A DNA stretch of 57,327 bases. Origin: an uncultured Bacteroidota bacterium. Its GTDB lineage: Bacteria > Bacteroidota > Bacteroidia > Bacteroidales > WCHB1-69. The notes below the pieces were generated by a model, which did not search any database, was not told the DNA's origin, and worked only from the letters and a program-made list of their open reading frames with translations. The stretch spans positions 1 through 57,327 of the forward strand of contig CADBTU010000101.1 in the NCBI GenBank assembly GCA_902797625.1, read 5' to 3'. The position numbers were made by a program, and so were the translations under genes. Positions 1 through 12,150 of the stretch are shown one piece after another. Position 1 is the stretch's first letter, and each line of letters opens with the position of its first letter.

Positions 1-20
1 ACTTTTGGTGTTTACAAGTG

Positions 21-28
21 CAAAAGTA
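21..28 (-). promoter_or_regulatory. Bacteroidota -7 promoter box (TACTTTTG) firing leftwards out of the window
   Basis: Exact TAnnTTTG followed by CAC on the minus strand. Confidence 0.5.
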
Positions 29-35
29 AACAATT

Positions 36-70
36 GGGCTGATTCTCAAACAGAGATCAGCCTTTATTTT
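36..70 (+). terminator. Hairpin with T-rich tail, possible intrinsic terminator
   Basis: GGCTGAT(T)CTC-aaaca-GAGATCAGCC stem with one bulge, followed by TTTATTTT. Confidence 0.45.
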
Positions 71-375
71 TGCCGCCTCGCGCACGCGCACGAAATTTTT
101 AGCGGACAGTAATAGAATTTTATATTCGTGGGTCGGGCAGGCCGACATTGTGGGGCAGAGCGGGAGCGTTTATCTTGAACAGGCAAACCAGAGTTTTCTT
201 TTTTTAATAATAACGTGAATGAGATAAGATATAATTTTTGAAAATGAATAATTTAGTGATTTTATAATAGTATCATAATATTCTTATTATCAAATACATA
301 GTGTTATTGTATTACAAAAACAATGCCAATGTAAATATTTTTTTTCAACAATTGATTTTTGAATAATAAAAAGAT

Positions 376-383
376 TATATTTG
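376..383 (+). promoter_or_regulatory. -7 promoter box (TATATTTG) for the secE-nusG-rpl operon
   Basis: Exact TAnnTTTG, with TTG at 352-354 at a plausible -33 spacing. Confidence 0.6.
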
Positions 384-570
384 CCAACTTGTTTGAAAAT
401 TGTTATTCGGTTGGAGAAAATCCTTTTCTTTAATTTATAACAAGCTGAAAACAAGAATGTTGATGTGTTTTTTCACGTAATAGATGGGCGTATTGTATGG
501 TGTTGATATTGTGCAAAAAAATGTGAAAGATTTTCAAAAAAATGATAAAATAGAAAAAATAAATAAAGAG

Positions 571-759
571 ATGAAAATAGTAAATTATTTGAAAGAATCC
601 TATGAAGAGTTGGTTCACAAAACTTCGTGGCCTACTTGGCAGGAACTTGGGAATAGTGTTGTAGTAGTATCCATTGCTTCCCTAATAATCGCTTTTGTCG
701 TTTTTTTGATGGATGCTGTCTTCAATTTGGGAATGGAATTAATGTTCCCAGCTGTTTAA
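571..759 (+). CDS. secE: Preprotein translocase subunit SecE
   Basis: YLKESYEELVHKTSWPTW motif plus one TM helix, directly upstream of nusG. Start moved from 484 to the ATG at 571, which follows an A-rich tract. Confidence 0.93.
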   Translation: MKIVNYLKESYEELVHKTSWPTWQELGNSVVVVSIASLIIAFVVFLMDAVFNLGMELMFPAV

Positions 760-798
760 TTTCTTTATAACGGACATTATATCCATTATTACTTTAGC

Positions 799-1353
799 AT
801 GGCTGAATTAGAAAGCAAATGGTACGTTATTAAGTCGGTAACTGGAACAGAGAAGAAAGTAAAGCAAAACATCGAAAGAGAGGTTGAGCTTACTGATTTG
901 AAAAATTCAGTTTTCGAGGTACTAATACCTACAGAGAAGGTGTTTCACAGTACAAAGACAGGAAAGAAAGTTGTTAAAGAGCGCAATTATTTTCCGAGTT
1001 ATATATTCGTTGAGGCGATGATGACTCCAGAGGTATGTGCTCGTTTATTGGAGATACCAGGAGTTTTAGGTTTTGTAGGATGTAAGCGGAAGAGTGATCC
1101 TCCAGTAGCTTTGCGTAAAGAGGAGGCTGCTCGTTTATTAGGTAAGGTTGATGAACTCTCAACACAAGATGAGACTTTGATGCAACCATACATAGTAGGC
1201 GAAGAGATTAAAGTAATAGATGGACCTTTCAACACTTTCAATGGTATTATCGAAGAGATAGATACAGAAAAGAAGAAGCTGAAGATTACGGTGAAAATTT
1301 TCGGACGTAAGACCCCATTAGAGTTGGGTTTTATGCAAGTTGAGAAAATATAG
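799..1353 (+). CDS. nusG: Transcription termination/antitermination factor NusG
   Basis: KWYVI start, YFPSYIFV, KOW domain GPFNTFNG...IFGRKTPLEL; synteny. Confidence 0.97.
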   Translation: MAELESKWYVIKSVTGTEKKVKQNIEREVELTDLKNSVFEVLIPTEKVFHSTKTGKKVVKERNYFPSYIFVEAMMTPEVCARLLEIPGVLGFVGCKRKSDPPVALRKEEAARLLGKVDELSTQDETLMQPYIVGEEIKVIDGPFNTFNGIIEEIDTEKKKLKITVKIFGRKTPLELGFMQVEKI

Positions 1354-1392
1354 TGTTCGAAATTAGTTACAAACAATAAAAATTAAAAAAAA

Positions 1393-1842
1393 ATGGCAAA
1401 AGAAGTAGCTGGCTTAATTAAGTTACAGATCAAGGGAGGTGCCGCCAATCCGTCACCGCCGGTAGGTCCCGCATTGGGTTCTAAGGGCGTGAATATCATG
1501 GAATTTTGCAAACAGTTTAATTCTCGTACGCAGGATTTAGCAGGCAAAGTTATTCCAGTAATCATCACAGTTTATAAGGACAAGTCTTTCGACTTTGTAA
1601 CGAAAACGCCCCCGGTAGCTGTACAGATTATGGAGGCAGCCAAACTTCAAAAGGGCTCAGGAGAACCGAACCGAAACAAAGTTGGCACAATCACATGGGA
1701 TCAAGTGCGTAGTATTGCTGAGATTAAGATGAAGGACTTAAACTGTTTCAAGATAGAATCAGCGATGTCTATGGTAGCAGGAACAGCACGTAGCATGGGT
1801 GTCAATGTTAAGGGAGGTCAAAATCCTTTTGAGCAGAATTAA
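1393..1842 (+). CDS. rplK: 50S ribosomal protein L11
   Basis: [31 protein letters not shown]. Confidence 0.99.
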   Translation: MAKEVAGLIKLQIKGGAANPSPPVGPALGSKGVNIMEFCKQFNSRTQDLAGKVIPVIITVYKDKSFDFVTKTPPVAVQIMEAAKLQKGSGEPNRNKVGTITWDQVRSIAEIKMKDLNCFKIESAMSMVAGTARSMGVNVKGGQNPFEQN

Positions 1843-1864
1843 TTAATAAGTAAAAAACAAAACA

Positions 1865-2560
1865 ATGGCTAAGATATCAAAAAAACGCAAAGAGGCTTTT
1901 GCTAAATTTGATAAGACCAAAGTTTATGCTTTGCCAGAGGCGATCAAAGTGGTTAAAGACCTAACATATACCAAGTTTGACGCGTCTTTTGATATAGATG
2001 TACGTTTAGGCGTGGATCCGAGAAAGGCTAATCAAATGGTACGCGGTATAGTAACTCTTCCACATGGTACTGGTAAAGAAGTTAGAGTTTTGGTATTATG
2101 TACTCCAGACAAGGAGGATGAAGCGAAAGCAGCGGGCGCAGATTTTGTGGGCTTGGACGAATATGTTGACAAGATCAAGCAAGGATGGACAGACGTTGAC
2201 GTGATTATCACGATGCCAAGCGTTATGCCGAAAATCGGTGCGTTAGGTAGAGTCTTGGGACCTCGAGGTTTGATGCCAAATCCAAAATCTGGCACAGTAA
2301 CTATGGACATAGGCAAGGCCGTGTCAGAAGTGAAAGCTGGTAAAATCGATTTCAAAGTTGATAAATATGGCATTATCCACACATCAATAGGCAAAAACCG
2401 TTTCAGTGTAGAGCAATTAACAGATAATGCACGAGAGATGCTCTCAACAGTGATTAAGTTGAAACCTACGTCTGCAAAAGGTACCTACATAAAGAGTATA
2501 TATTTGTCAACAACGATGAGTCCAGGAGTGCAAGTTGATCCCAAATCAGTTACCTTATAA
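1865..2560 (+). CDS. rplA: 50S ribosomal protein L1
   Basis: [37 protein letters not shown]. Confidence 0.99.
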   Translation: MAKISKKRKEAFAKFDKTKVYALPEAIKVVKDLTYTKFDASFDIDVRLGVDPRKANQMVRGIVTLPHGTGKEVRVLVLCTPDKEDEAKAAGADFVGLDEYVDKIKQGWTDVDVIITMPSVMPKIGALGRVLGPRGLMPNPKSGTVTMDIGKAVSEVKAGKIDFKVDKYGIIHTSIGKNRFSVEQLTDNAREMLSTVIKLKPTSAKGTYIKSIYLSTTMSPGVQVDPKSVTL

Positions 2561-2575
2561 AAATGATTAGTTAGT

Positions 2576-3094
2576 ATGAATAAAGAACAAAAAAGTCAGA
2601 TTATAGAAGAAATTTCGCAAGACTTAGCTAACTATTCTCATGTATATGTAACAGATATTTCTGGGTTTACAGTTAGCACGGTCAACCAATTGCGCAAATT
2701 GTGTTATAGCAAAGACGTTAAGTTAAAAGTGGTTAAAAACACATTGCTTAAGCGCGCTATGGACAAATCAGAGAAAGATTATTCAGAGTTATATGAAACT
2801 TTGAACGGTCCAACAGCAGTAATGTTGTGTAACACGGGAAATGTACCCGCAAAATTGATAAAAGATTTTAGGGTAAAGAATGCAAAGCCAATCATCAAAG
2901 CAGCTTTCATAGAAGAGGCTGTTTATATTGGCGATAACCAATTAGAGGTGCTTTGCAGCATTAAGTCTCGTGAGGAATTGATTGGCGATATTATCACATT
3001 GTTGCAATCACCTGCAAAACAAGTTGTATCTGCATTGCAGTCAGGTGGTGGCAAGTTGGCAGGTATTGTCAAGACTCTTTCCGAAAAAGCGTAA
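2576..3094 (+). CDS. rplJ: 50S ribosomal protein L10
   Basis: VVKNTLLKRA, GPTA, SREELIG; lies between rplA and rplL. Confidence 0.97.
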   Translation: MNKEQKSQIIEEISQDLANYSHVYVTDISGFTVSTVNQLRKLCYSKDVKLKVVKNTLLKRAMDKSEKDYSELYETLNGPTAVMLCNTGNVPAKLIKDFRVKNAKPIIKAAFIEEAVYIGDNQLEVLCSIKSREELIGDIITLLQSPAKQVVSALQSGGGKLAGIVKTLSEKA

Positions 3095-3139
3095 TAAATT
3101 AAATAAAATCAAGTTAAAAACAATTAAAAAGAAAATATT

Positions 3140-3517
3140 ATGGCAGATTTAAAAGCATTTGCAGAACAATTAGTTAATTTAACAGTTAAAGAAGTTAACG
3201 AATTAGCTCAAATTTTAAAAGAAGAATATGGTATTGAACCAGCAGCAGCAGCAGTAGCAGTAGCAGCAGGTCCTGCAGCAGGTGGCGGTGCAGCAGCTGA
3301 AGAAAAAACCGAGTTTGATGTGATTCTCAAATCAGCAGGTGGCAACAAATTACAAGTTGTGAAGTTGGTTAAAGAACTTACAAGTCTTGGTTTGAAAGAG
3401 GCTAAAGAATTAGTTGACGGTGCACCAAAATCACTTAAAGAAGGTATTTCTAAAGAAGAAGCTGAATCTTTGAAGAAATCTCTCGAAGAAGCAGGTGCTG
3501 AAGTAGAAATTAAATAG
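3140..3517 (+). CDS. rplL: 50S ribosomal protein L7/L12
   Basis: Ala-rich hinge, [21 protein letters not shown]. Confidence 0.99.
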   Translation: MADLKAFAEQLVNLTVKEVNELAQILKEEYGIEPAAAAVAVAAGPAAGGGAAAEEKTEFDVILKSAGGNKLQVVKLVKELTSLGLKEAKELVDGAPKSLKEGISKEEAESLKKSLEEAGAEVEIK

Positions 3518-3536
3518 TTAACCTCATAGTTTACGC

Positions 3537-3580
3537 AATAGAACAACGCTTCCAATAGGTTTGGAAGCCTTGTTCTTATT
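3537..3580 (+). terminator. Long hairpin between rplL and rpoB (attenuator/terminator)
   Basis: AATAGAACAACGCTTCCAA-taggt-TTGGAAGCCTTGTTCTTATT, a near-perfect inverted repeat at the usual rplL-rpoB attenuation position. Confidence 0.65.
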
Positions 3581-3651
3581 GTTATTTATAATACCCGCTG
3601 ATTGGTATTTCGTTAATAATCAGTTTCATTGTCAAATTAAATTATTGAGCC

Positions 3652-6600
3652 TTGTCAACTACAAAAAATAACAGAATAAGTTTTGCAACAACAAGACCTG
3701 TAGATTTTCCTGATTTTTTAGATATTCAGTTAAAATCGTTCCAGGACTTCTTTCAGATAGATACCGATACGGAATCAAGAAAGAAGGAGGGTCTTTATCG
3801 GGCATTTGAGGAAAATTTCCCGATCACTGATGCAAGAAATTGTTTCGTCCTGGAGTTTTTAGATTATTATATCGACGCACCGCGTTATTCTATGGACGAG
3901 TGCCTAGAAAGGGGTTTGACATACAGTGTTCCACTGAAAGCAAAGTTGCAATTAAAGTGCAACGACGAAGAACATGAAGGTTTTGAGGAAGCCCGCGTTC
4001 AAGAGGTCTATTTAGGAATGATTCCGTATATGACCCCTGGCGGAACCTTTATTATTAACGGTGCAGAACGTGTTGTAGTTTCACAACTTCACCGTTCTCC
4101 TGGTGTGTTCTTCGGTTTTTCATATCATTCTAACGGAACTCCGTTATATTCCGCAAGAATTATCCCTTTTAAGGGTTCTTGGATGGAATTTACAACAGAC
4201 ATTAACAATGTTCTTTATGCCTATATCGACAGAAAGAAGAAATTGCCAGTAACAACTCTCCTTCGCGCTATAGGTTATGAAACCGATAAAGACATTTTGA
4301 GCATCTTTGATATAGCTGAAGAAGTAAAGGCTTCCAAGGCTAATCTGAAGAAGTATGTCGGTCAAAAGTTGGCGGCTGCCGTAACCAAAACATGGTATGA
4401 AGATTTTGTAGATGATGAGACAGGTGAGGTAGTGAATATCGAGCGTACAGAAGTTATAATCGATAGAGAAACAATATTTGAAAAAGAACATATCAACTTG
4501 GTGTCTGATGCTAATATTAAGACGGTTCTCTTCCATAAACAAGATGAGCGTCAAGTTGACTATTCTGTGATTTTCAACACTCTCCAAAAAGACCCAACAA
4601 ACTCTGGAAAACAAGCTATCGAGTATATTTATATGCAGCTTAAAAGCACACAGGCTCCAGATGAGGAAACTGCTCGTGCAACATTAGATAAGCTTTTCTT
4701 TTCAGACAAGCGTTATGATCTCGGAGAAGTGGGGCGCTACCGCATCAATAAAAAATTGAATCTTGATATTCCATCTGAAACAGGCGTGCTTACAAATGAA
4801 GATATCATATCAATTATTCGTTATTTGGTTGAACTTATCAACTCAAAAACAGAGGTTGATGATATAGATCACTTGAGCAATCGTCGTGTTCGTACAGTAG
4901 GAGAACAATTATATAATCAGTTTAGTCTTGGTTTGAACCGAATGGCTCGTACTATTCGTGAGAAAATGAATGTTCGCGATCATGAGTCGTTTAATCCTCA
5001 AGATTTGATAAATGCTAAGACTTTATCTTCAGTAGTAAACTCATTCTTTGGAACAAACCAACTATCACAGTTTATGGATCAGACAAATCCATTGTCAGAA
5101 ATAACCCATAAACGTAGAATATCGGCGTTAGGTCCTGGCGGTTTGTCACGTGAGCGCGCAGGTTTTGAGGTTCGAGATGTACACTATACTCACTATGGAC
5201 GTTTATGTACAATTGAAACCCCTGAAGGTCCTAATATCGGTTTGATTTCTTCTTTGTGTGTTTTCGCTCGAATTAACGAGCTTGGTTTCATAGAGACTCC
5301 TTATCGTCGTGTTGTAGATGGTCAAGTTCGTTTCGATGAACCTCCAGTATTTTTGACTGCAGAAGAAGAAGATAATAAACGTATTGCTCAAGCTAATACT
5401 CCAATGGACCAAAATGGTCTGCTTGGGGAAAGAGTGAAAGCACGTCGTCTTGCTGACTATCCGATTTTGTCTCGTGATGAGATAGATTTGATAGATATAG
5501 CACCGAACCAAATTGCTTCAATAGCTGCCTCTTTAATTCCATTCCTTGAAAATGATGATGCTAACCGTGCGTTGATGGGTTCAAACATGATGCGCCAAGC
5601 GGTACCTTTGTTGCGCCCCGAAGCACCGATAGTAGGAACAGGTTTAGAGCATCGTGTTGCAGTGGATTCAAGAGTGGTGTTGTTAGCAGAAGGTAATGGA
5701 GTTGTAAAATCTGTTGATGCTCAACATATCGAAATAGAATATGAACGCACAGAGACAGAAAAACTCGTAAGTTTTGATCCTGATGTAAAGAATTATCAAT
5801 TGCTTAAATTCAGAAGAACAAACCAAAACTCATGCTTTAATCAACGACCAATAGTTGTTAAAGGTCAGAAGGTTAAGAAAGGGGATGTGCTTACAGAAGG
5901 ATATGCTACAGAAAATGGAGAATTGGCACTCGGTCGTAATCTTATGGTGGCATTCATGCCTTGGAAAGGTTACAATTTTGAGGACGCTGTTGTTATATCG
6001 GAAAAAGCAGTTACAGATGATCTTTATACATCAATACATATAGAATCCTTTACATTGGAAGTACGTGACACAAAGCGTGGACAGGAAGTTCTTACAAATG
6101 ATATTCCAAATGTTTCATCTGAAACCACAAAGGATTTGAATGAAGATGGTTTGATTCGTGTGGGTGCAGAGGTAAAAGAAGGTGATATACTTATAGGAAA
6201 AATTACACCTAAGGGAGAGTCTTATCCTACACCAGAAGAGAAATTGTTGCGTGCTATTTTCGGTGATAAAGCTGGTGACGTTAAAGATGCTTCTCTTAAA
6301 GCTCCTCCATCAATGCGTGGCGTTGTAATAGGTGCAAAATCTATGTCTCGCTTAGTGAAAGATAGAAAATCTAAAACTAAAGATAAAGATATAGTTGAAG
6401 AAATAAGAGCTAAATATCAAGTAGAGTTGGATGCGTTGAAAGATATTTTGATAGGCAAGCTTTACAAAATTTTAGAAGGAAAGATTTCACACAACATCTA
6501 TTCAAATACAAAGGATATTGTAGTTCAAAAAGGAGCTAAGTTCTCACAAAAATTACTTAACACTATTGATTTCAAGAACGTGTTGATTTCGAAATGGACA

Positions 6601-7455
6601 AATGATGCGAAGATTAATGGTATGGTATCTGAGATCGTTCACAATTATTTGTCAAAATTACGCGATATTGAATCAAGACGTACTCGTGAGGAATTTGATG
6701 CTACAATAGGCACAGAGTTACCTTCAGGAATTGTACAAATGGCGAAAGTTTATATAGCAAATAAGCGTAAACTCCGTGTTGGAGATAAGATGGCTGGTCG
6801 TCATGGTAACAAGGGTTGTGTGGCAAAGATAGTTCGTCAAGAAGATTTACCATTCTTGGAAGATGGTCGTCCTGTTGATGTAGTTCTAAACCCATTGGGT
6901 GTGCCTTCACGTATGAATTTAGGACAGATTTATGAAACTGTTTTAGCATGGGCAGGTAAGAAAATGGGTGTTAAATATGCTACTCCAATTTTTGATGGTG
7001 CATCAATAGATCAAATAAATGCTCTTATGCGCGAAGCAGGATTACCAGAAAATGGAAGCACTCAATTGTATGATGGTGAAACAGGAGAACCTTTCCATCA
7101 GAAAGCAACAGTAGGCTACATCTACTATCTTAAGTTACATCATATGGTTGATGATAAGATGCACGCTCGTTCAATAGGACCTTATTCACTCATTACCCAA
7201 CAACCATTAGGAGGTAAAGCTCAATTTGGTGGTCAACGTTTCGGAGAAATGGAGGTATGGGCTATTGAGGCGTATGGAGCAGCAAATGTGCTTCAAGAGA
7301 TCCTTACCGTAAAATCAGACGATGTTATGGGAAGAGCAAAAGCATACGAAGCAATCGTTAAGGGCGATAATATGCCAAAATCAGGTATACCAGAGTCTTT
7401 TAACGTGTTGGTAAATGAGCTACGCGGTCTCTGCTTGGATATTAAATTTGAATAA
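3652..7455 (+). CDS. rpoB: RNA polymerase beta subunit (TTG start)
   Basis: [42 protein letters not shown]. Confidence 0.99.
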   Translation: MSTTKNNRISFATTRPVDFPDFLDIQLKSFQDFFQIDTDTESRKKEGLYRAFEENFPITDARNCFVLEFLDYYIDAPRYSMDECLERGLTYSVPLKAKLQLKCNDEEHEGFEEARVQEVYLGMIPYMTPGGTFIINGAERVVVSQLHRSPGVFFGFSYHSNGTPLYSARIIPFKGSWMEFTTDINNVLYAYIDRKKKLPVTTLLRAIGYETDKDILSIFDIAEEVKASKANLKKYVGQKLAAAVTKTWYEDFVDDETGEVVNIERTEVIIDRETIFEKEHINLVSDANIKTVLFHKQDERQVDYSVIFNTLQKDPTNSGKQAIEYIYMQLKSTQAPDEETARATLDKLFFSDKRYDLGEVGRYRINKKLNLDIPSETGVLTNEDIISIIRYLVELINSKTEVDDIDHLSNRRVRTVGEQLYNQFSLGLNRMARTIREKMNVRDHESFNPQDLINAKTLSSVVNSFFGTNQLSQFMDQTNPLSEITHKRRISALGPGGLSRERAGFEVRDVHYTHYGRLCTIETPEGPNIGLISSLCVFARINELGFIETPYRRVVDGQVRFDEPPVFLTAEEEDNKRIAQANTPMDQNGLLGERVKARRLADYPILSRDEIDLIDIAPNQIASIAASLIPFLENDDANRALMGSNMMRQAVPLLRPEAPIVGTGLEHRVAVDSRVVLLAEGNGVVKSVDAQHIEIEYERTETEKLVSFDPDVKNYQLLKFRRTNQNSCFNQRPIVVKGQKVKKGDVLTEGYATENGELALGRNLMVAFMPWKGYNFEDAVVISEKAVTDDLYTSIHIESFTLEVRDTKRGQEVLTNDIPNVSSETTKDLNEDGLIRVGAEVKEGDILIGKITPKGESYPTPEEKLLRAIFGDKAGDVKDASLKAPPSMRGVVIGAKSMSRLVKDRKSKTKDKDIVEEIRAKYQVELDALKDILIGKLYKILEGKISHNIYSNTKDIVVQKGAKFSQKLLNTIDFKNVLISKWTNDAKINGMVSEIVHNYLSKLRDIESRRTREEFDATIGTELPSGIVQMAKVYIANKRKLRVGDKMAGRHGNKGCVAKIVRQEDLPFLEDGRPVDVVLNPLGVPSRMNLGQIYETVLAWAGKKMGVKYATPIFDGASIDQINALMREAGLPENGSTQLYDGETGEPFHQKATVGYIYYLKLHHMVDDKMHARSIGPYSLITQQPLGGKAQFGGQRFGEMEVWAIEAYGAANVLQEILTVKSDDVMGRAKAYEAIVKGDNMPKSGIPESFNVLVNELRGLCLDIKFE

Positions 7456-7476
7456 TAAACGAATATAGCTAAAAAA

Positions 7477-10400
7477 ATGGCTGTTAGAAAAGATAATAAT
7501 ACACGGAAGGAATTTCATAAAATAACCATTAGCCTTGCTTCTCCAGAAGCAATCTTGGAGCAATCGCACGGTGAGGTTTTGAAACCTGAAACAATAAACT
7601 ACAGAACATTAAAGCCTGAGCGTGATGGCCTTTTCTGTGAAAAGATTTTCGGTCCTATGAAGGACTGGGAATGTCACTGCGGTAAATATAAAAGAATACG
7701 CTACAAAGGTGTAATTTGCGACCGTTGTGGTGTGGAAGTTACCGAGCGCAAGGTGCGTCGTGAGCGTATGGGCCATATTCAGCTTGTGGTTCCTGTAGCA
7801 CATATTTGGTTTTTTAAATCTTTGCCTAATAAAATTGGTGCCTTATTGGGACTTGCCACAAAAGAGGTGGAGGCAATTGTTTACTACGAAAAATACATAG
7901 TAATACAAGGGGGTATTTTAGAACAAGAAAATCCAGATATAAAGAAAGGCCTTCTTCTTTCAGAGGAAGATTATTTTGAATTGACAGAGAAATTACCTTC
8001 CGATAATCGTTTGTTAGATGATACTGATCCTAACAAGTTCATCGCAAAGATGGGAGCAGAGGCGTTGTATGATCTACTTTCCAAGGTTGACTTAGATGGT
8101 GAATCATACGAATTACGCGATCGCGCAAATCGTGAGACTTCTCAACAAAGAAAAAAAGAACTTCTGAAGAGACTCCATGTTTTTGAAGCTTTTAGAGATA
8201 GTCGTAAACGTGCAGATAACCGTCCTGAGCGTATGATTGTGAAGATAGTTCCAGTTATTCCGCCTGAGTTGCGTCCTCTTGTACCTTTAGATGGTGGACG
8301 TTTCGCGACATCAGACTTAAACGACCTTTATCGTCGTGTTATTATCCGTAATAATCGTCTTAAGAGACTGATGGAAATAAAGGCTCCAGACGTTATTATG
8401 CGTAACGAGAAACGTATGCTTCAAGAAGCGGTTGACTCGCTGTTCGATAACTCTAAGAAGTCAAGTTCTGTAAGGACAGATTCAAATAGAGCACTTAAGT
8501 CTTTATCTGATAGTTTGAAAGGAAAACAAGGACGTTTCCGTCAGAATTTGTTGGCTAAGCGTGTTGACTATTCAGGTCGTTCGGTAATCGTGGTCGGTCC
8601 AGATTTGCATCTTAACGAATGTGGTCTGCCTAAGGATATGGCGGCTGAATTGTTCAAACCGTTTGTGATTCGTAAAATTCTTGAAAGAGGGATAGTAAAG
8701 ACTGTTAAGTCGGCTAAGAAAATAGTTGATAGAAAAGACCCAGTAGTTTGGGAAATCCTTGAGAATATATTGAAGGGTCATCCAGTGTTGCTGAATCGTG
8801 CTCCTACACTTCACAGATTGGGTATTCAGGCATTTCAACCAAGATTAGTAGAAGGAAAGGCAATACGTTTACACCCATTATGCTGTACTGCGTTCAATGC
8901 GGATTTTGATGGCGACCAGATGGCTGTTCATGTTCCGTTAGGAAACGCAGCTATAATGGAGGCTCAAATGTTGATGATGGCATCGCATAACATTCTTAAT
9001 CCTGCCAATGGAGCCCCAGTAACCGTTCCTTCTCAAGATATGGTACTTGGTTTGTATTATATTACTAAGGAACTACTTTCAACACCTGATAATAAGGTGA
9101 AAGGTGAAGGCGGAATTTTCTATGGTCCAGAAGAAGTTATGATTGCATACGATGACAAGAAAGTTCACCTTAATGCGAAAATTAAATGTCGTGTTGATTT
9201 AGATGGCACAGGCAATTACAAAATAGTTGATACTACAGTTGGTCGTGTTATGTTCAATCAAGTAGTTCCAAAAGATTTCGGTTATATCAATATATTGTTA
9301 ACAAAGAAAGCACTTCGAGATATAATCGGTGATGTTTTGGCAAAATGCGGTAATAAAGATTGTACCCAATTCCTTGATGACATTATGACTTTAGGTTATA
9401 GAATGGCTTTTGAAGGAGGTATGTCGTTTAATCTTGGAGATGTGATTGTTCCAACTGAGAAGTCAAACTTAATAGCAGAAGCAAATGCTCAAGTGGATGA
9501 GATAACAATGAATTATAACATGGGTTTCATCACAAATACAGAGCGTTACAACCAAGTTATTGATGTATGGTCGCAGTGTAATGCTCGTTTGTCTAAGATT
9601 CTGATGAAAGAGATAGAGGAGGATCGTCAAGGGTTTAACCCTGTGCACATGATGCGAGATTCTGGAGCCCGTGGTTCAGCAGAGCAGATTCGTCAGCTTT
9701 CGGGTATGCGTGGATTGATGGCAAAGCCAAGTAAGGCAGGCTCGTCGGGCGGCGAGATTATCGAGAATCCAATTCTATCTAACTTTAAGGAAGGATTATC
9801 AGTACAAGAATACTTTATTTCTACTCACGGTGCTCGTAAGGGTTTGGCCGATACCGCTCTTAAGACTGCAGATGCAGGTTACCTAACTCGTCGTTTAGTT
9901 GATGTATCGCACGATGTGATTATCAACGAGGAGGATTGTGGAACTTTACGAGGAATGACTGTAAGTGCGCTTAAAAATAATGAAGAAGTAGTAGAAACTT
10001 TATACGACCGTTTGTTGGGACGTGTAACTCTTCACGATGTTTATCATCCTCAAACAGGCAAACTTATAATCGCTGCAGGTGAAGAACTTACTGAAGAATA
10101 CTGTCAAATTATTGAAGATTCTCCAATAGAAGAGATTGAAATTCGTTCTGTACCTACTTGCGAATCAAAACATGGTATTTGTCAAAAATGTTATGGTAGA
10201 AACCTTGCAACTGGTAAGATGGTTCAAATAGGTGAAGCTGTTGGTGTGATTGCCGCACAATCTATAGGTGAGCCAGGAACACAGCTTACATTGCGTACAT
10301 TCCACGTCGGTGGTGTTGCAGGTAACGTGGCGGCTAATAGCTCTATTCAGGCTACTTACGATGGTCATCTGAGTATCGATGAGTTGCGTGCCCTCGAAAA

Positions 10401-11766
10401 AATTGATGAAACAGGCAAAACATACTATAAAGTTATTGGTCGTACAGCAGAAATTAAGATTATAGATGAAAAAACAGGTGTGGCATTAGCATCTGCTAAT
10501 CTTCCATACGGTTCTAATCTCTATTTTAAGCATAAAGATGTGGTAAAAAAGGGCGATTTGATTGCAGATTGGGATCCATTTAATGCTGTTATTCTCTCAG
10601 ATGTTGCAGGTAGGGTGGTGTTCAATGATATCATTGAAGGTGTAACCTATCGTGTAGAAACTGATGAGCAAACAAATATTCACGATAAAGTTATCGTTGA
10701 GAGTCGTTTAAAGACGAAGAATCCAAGTATCAATATTGTTGATGAAGATGGTGATGTAATCAAGAGTTTTGATGTACCAGTGGGGGCACGTTTGGCTGTT
10801 GAAGAGGGTCAAGTTATAGATTCAGGTGAAATCTTAGTTAAGATTCTACGTTCTTTTGGTAAGTCTGGTGATATTACTGGTGGCTTGCCACGTGTTACAG
10901 AGTTGTTTGAAGCTCGTAACCCATCAGACCCTGCTGTAGTTTCAGAAATTGATGGTGTTGTTTCTTTCGAGAAGAAACTTAAACGCGGTAATCGTGTTGT
11001 TAAGATAACACCTCGTGTAGATTCAGGAGAAGGCGTTAAAACTTATTTAATTCCCACATCAAAACAGATTCTTGCTCAAGAAAATGACTTTGTAAAGGCT
11101 GGTACTCCACTTTCAGAAGGCGCGCTTACACCAGTGGATATTCTTAATATCAAGGGTGCGCAGAAGGTGCAAGAATATATTATCAATGAAATTCAAGAAG
11201 TGTATCGTCTTCAAGGTGTAAAAATTAATGATAAACATTTTGAGGTTATTGTTCGCCAAATGATGCGCAAGATGGAAATTGAGGATCCAGGTGATACAAA
11301 ATTTCTTCAAGGTGAGTTGATTAATAAGATAGATTTCCAAGAAGAAAATGATCAAATTTGGGATAAAAAAGTAGTAGAGGACGCAGGTGATTCAGATACA
11401 TTACGTAAAGGTCAAATAATATCAGCTAAGAAACTTCGCGATGTTAATTCACTATTAAAAAGGAAAGATTTACGTATAGTAGTTACTCGTGATGCTCGTC
11501 CAGCTACAGGAAAGCCGATACTTCAAGGTATTACACGAGCTTCTTTGCAAACGCACAGCTTTATATCTGCTGCATCATTCCAAGAAACCACCAAAGTTCT
11601 CACTGAAGCTGCAATCAATGCAAAATCAGATAATCTTATTGGTATGAAAGAAAATGTTATTGTTGGTCAAAAGATTCCAGCAGGTACAGGTATTCGTGCA
11701 TATCAGAATATTGAAGTGGGTTCTATGGAAGAGTATAATTCATTGTTAGCATCTAAGGAGGAATAA
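7477..11766 (+). CDS. rpoC: RNA polymerase beta' subunit
   Basis: Zn finger CHCGKYK...[32 protein letters not shown]. Confidence 0.99.
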   Translation: MAVRKDNNTRKEFHKITISLASPEAILEQSHGEVLKPETINYRTLKPERDGLFCEKIFGPMKDWECHCGKYKRIRYKGVICDRCGVEVTERKVRRERMGHIQLVVPVAHIWFFKSLPNKIGALLGLATKEVEAIVYYEKYIVIQGGILEQENPDIKKGLLLSEEDYFELTEKLPSDNRLLDDTDPNKFIAKMGAEALYDLLSKVDLDGESYELRDRANRETSQQRKKELLKRLHVFEAFRDSRKRADNRPERMIVKIVPVIPPELRPLVPLDGGRFATSDLNDLYRRVIIRNNRLKRLMEIKAPDVIMRNEKRMLQEAVDSLFDNSKKSSSVRTDSNRALKSLSDSLKGKQGRFRQNLLAKRVDYSGRSVIVVGPDLHLNECGLPKDMAAELFKPFVIRKILERGIVKTVKSAKKIVDRKDPVVWEILENILKGHPVLLNRAPTLHRLGIQAFQPRLVEGKAIRLHPLCCTAFNADFDGDQMAVHVPLGNAAIMEAQMLMMASHNILNPANGAPVTVPSQDMVLGLYYITKELLSTPDNKVKGEGGIFYGPEEVMIAYDDKKVHLNAKIKCRVDLDGTGNYKIVDTTVGRVMFNQVVPKDFGYINILLTKKALRDIIGDVLAKCGNKDCTQFLDDIMTLGYRMAFEGGMSFNLGDVIVPTEKSNLIAEANAQVDEITMNYNMGFITNTERYNQVIDVWSQCNARLSKILMKEIEEDRQGFNPVHMMRDSGARGSAEQIRQLSGMRGLMAKPSKAGSSGGEIIENPILSNFKEGLSVQEYFISTHGARKGLADTALKTADAGYLTRRLVDVSHDVIINEEDCGTLRGMTVSALKNNEEVVETLYDRLLGRVTLHDVYHPQTGKLIIAAGEELTEEYCQIIEDSPIEEIEIRSVPTCESKHGICQKCYGRNLATGKMVQIGEAVGVIAAQSIGEPGTQLTLRTFHVGGVAGNVAANSSIQATYDGHLSIDELRALEKIDETGKTYYKVIGRTAEIKIIDEKTGVALASANLPYGSNLYFKHKDVVKKGDLIADWDPFNAVILSDVAGRVVFNDIIEGVTYRVETDEQTNIHDKVIVESRLKTKNPSINIVDEDGDVIKSFDVPVGARLAVEEGQVIDSGEILVKILRSFGKSGDITGGLPRVTELFEARNPSDPAVVSEIDGVVSFEKKLKRGNRVVKITPRVDSGEGVKTYLIPTSKQILAQENDFVKAGTPLSEGALTPVDILNIKGAQKVQEYIINEIQEVYRLQGVKINDKHFEVIVRQMMRKMEIEDPGDTKFLQGELINKIDFQEENDQIWDKKVVEDAGDSDTLRKGQIISAKKLRDVNSLLKRKDLRIVVTRDARPATGKPILQGITRASLQTHSFISAASFQETTKVLTEAAINAKSDNLIGMKENVIVGQKIPAGTGIRAYQNIEVGSMEEYNSLLASKEE

Positions 11767-11770
11767 TATT

Positions 11771-12076
11771 ATGGCAGAAGAGAAAAAAGATCAAAAAATT
11801 GATTTGAGTATTAGTGAAGAAATTTCGCAAGGAATTTACTCTAATTTAGCAATACTTTCACATTCTGATAATGAATTTTTTGTTGATTTCGCTTCATTAT
11901 CACCAGGTGTTCCTAAAGCTATTGTTCGTTCTCGTATAATAATGAATCCCTTGAACGCAAAAAGACTTCTTCGTGCTTTACAAGACAATGTATCAAGATA
12001 TGAAGAACAGTTTGGAGAAATTGAAGAACGCCAAAGTCCAATGCCGCGATTTATGGGCGGTGGCGGTTTAGCATAA
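11771..12076 (+). CDS. DUF3467 family protein
   Basis: GIYSNLAILSHS.EFFVDF...RSRIIMNP.NAKRLL; usual position after rpoC in Bacteroidota. Confidence 0.88.
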   Translation: MAEEKKDQKIDLSISEEISQGIYSNLAILSHSDNEFFVDFASLSPGVPKAIVRSRIIMNPLNAKRLLRALQDNVSRYEEQFGEIEERQSPMPRFMGGGGLA

Positions 12077-12108
12077 CGACTACGTTCAATGTTTTTTTAT
12101 AAATTTTG

Positions 12109-12140
12109 TGGTGGTGGATTTTGTTTCTACCACCATTTTT
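12109..12140 (+). terminator. Intrinsic terminator of the rpoBC operon
   Basis: TGGTGGTGGA-loop-TCTACCACCA followed by TTTTT. Confidence 0.75.
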
Positions 12141-12150
12141 AGTTTAATAT

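Larger units (their letters stand above)
1..114 (-). mobile_element. Probable terminal end (inverted repeat) of an IS4-family-like insertion sequence; body lies left of the window
   Basis: Minus strand reads TATTACTGTCCGCTAAAAATT from 114, which resembles ends of Bacteroidota IS4-family elements as I recall them. The 15-mer at 94-108 recurs exactly, inverted, at 12157-12171. An inward-pointing -7 box (21-28) could drive a transposase outside the window. No transposase is visible. Confidence 0.45.

Noticed and set aside
2374-2382. Perfect DnaA box TTATCCACA in rplA (another lies inside the ORF at 50227-50511)
   Set aside because: Isolated hits inside coding sequence; no cluster or unwinding element.
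3241-3300. (GCA)n/GTA trinucleotide repeat
   Set aside because: It encodes the normal Ala-rich hinge of L7/L12.
5041-5260. Rifampicin-resistance changes in RpoB
   Set aside because: Key cluster I residues (Q, D, H, S in SQFMDQ...[10 protein letters not shown]) are wild type. CTIETPEG for CPIETPEG is, as I recall, a natural Bacteroidota variant.
974-11355. Antisense and alternate-frame ORFs within nusG-rpoC (and similar ones across the window, e.g. 30150-32313)
   Set aside because: They are shadow ORFs of well-conserved genes, with no motifs or initiation signals.
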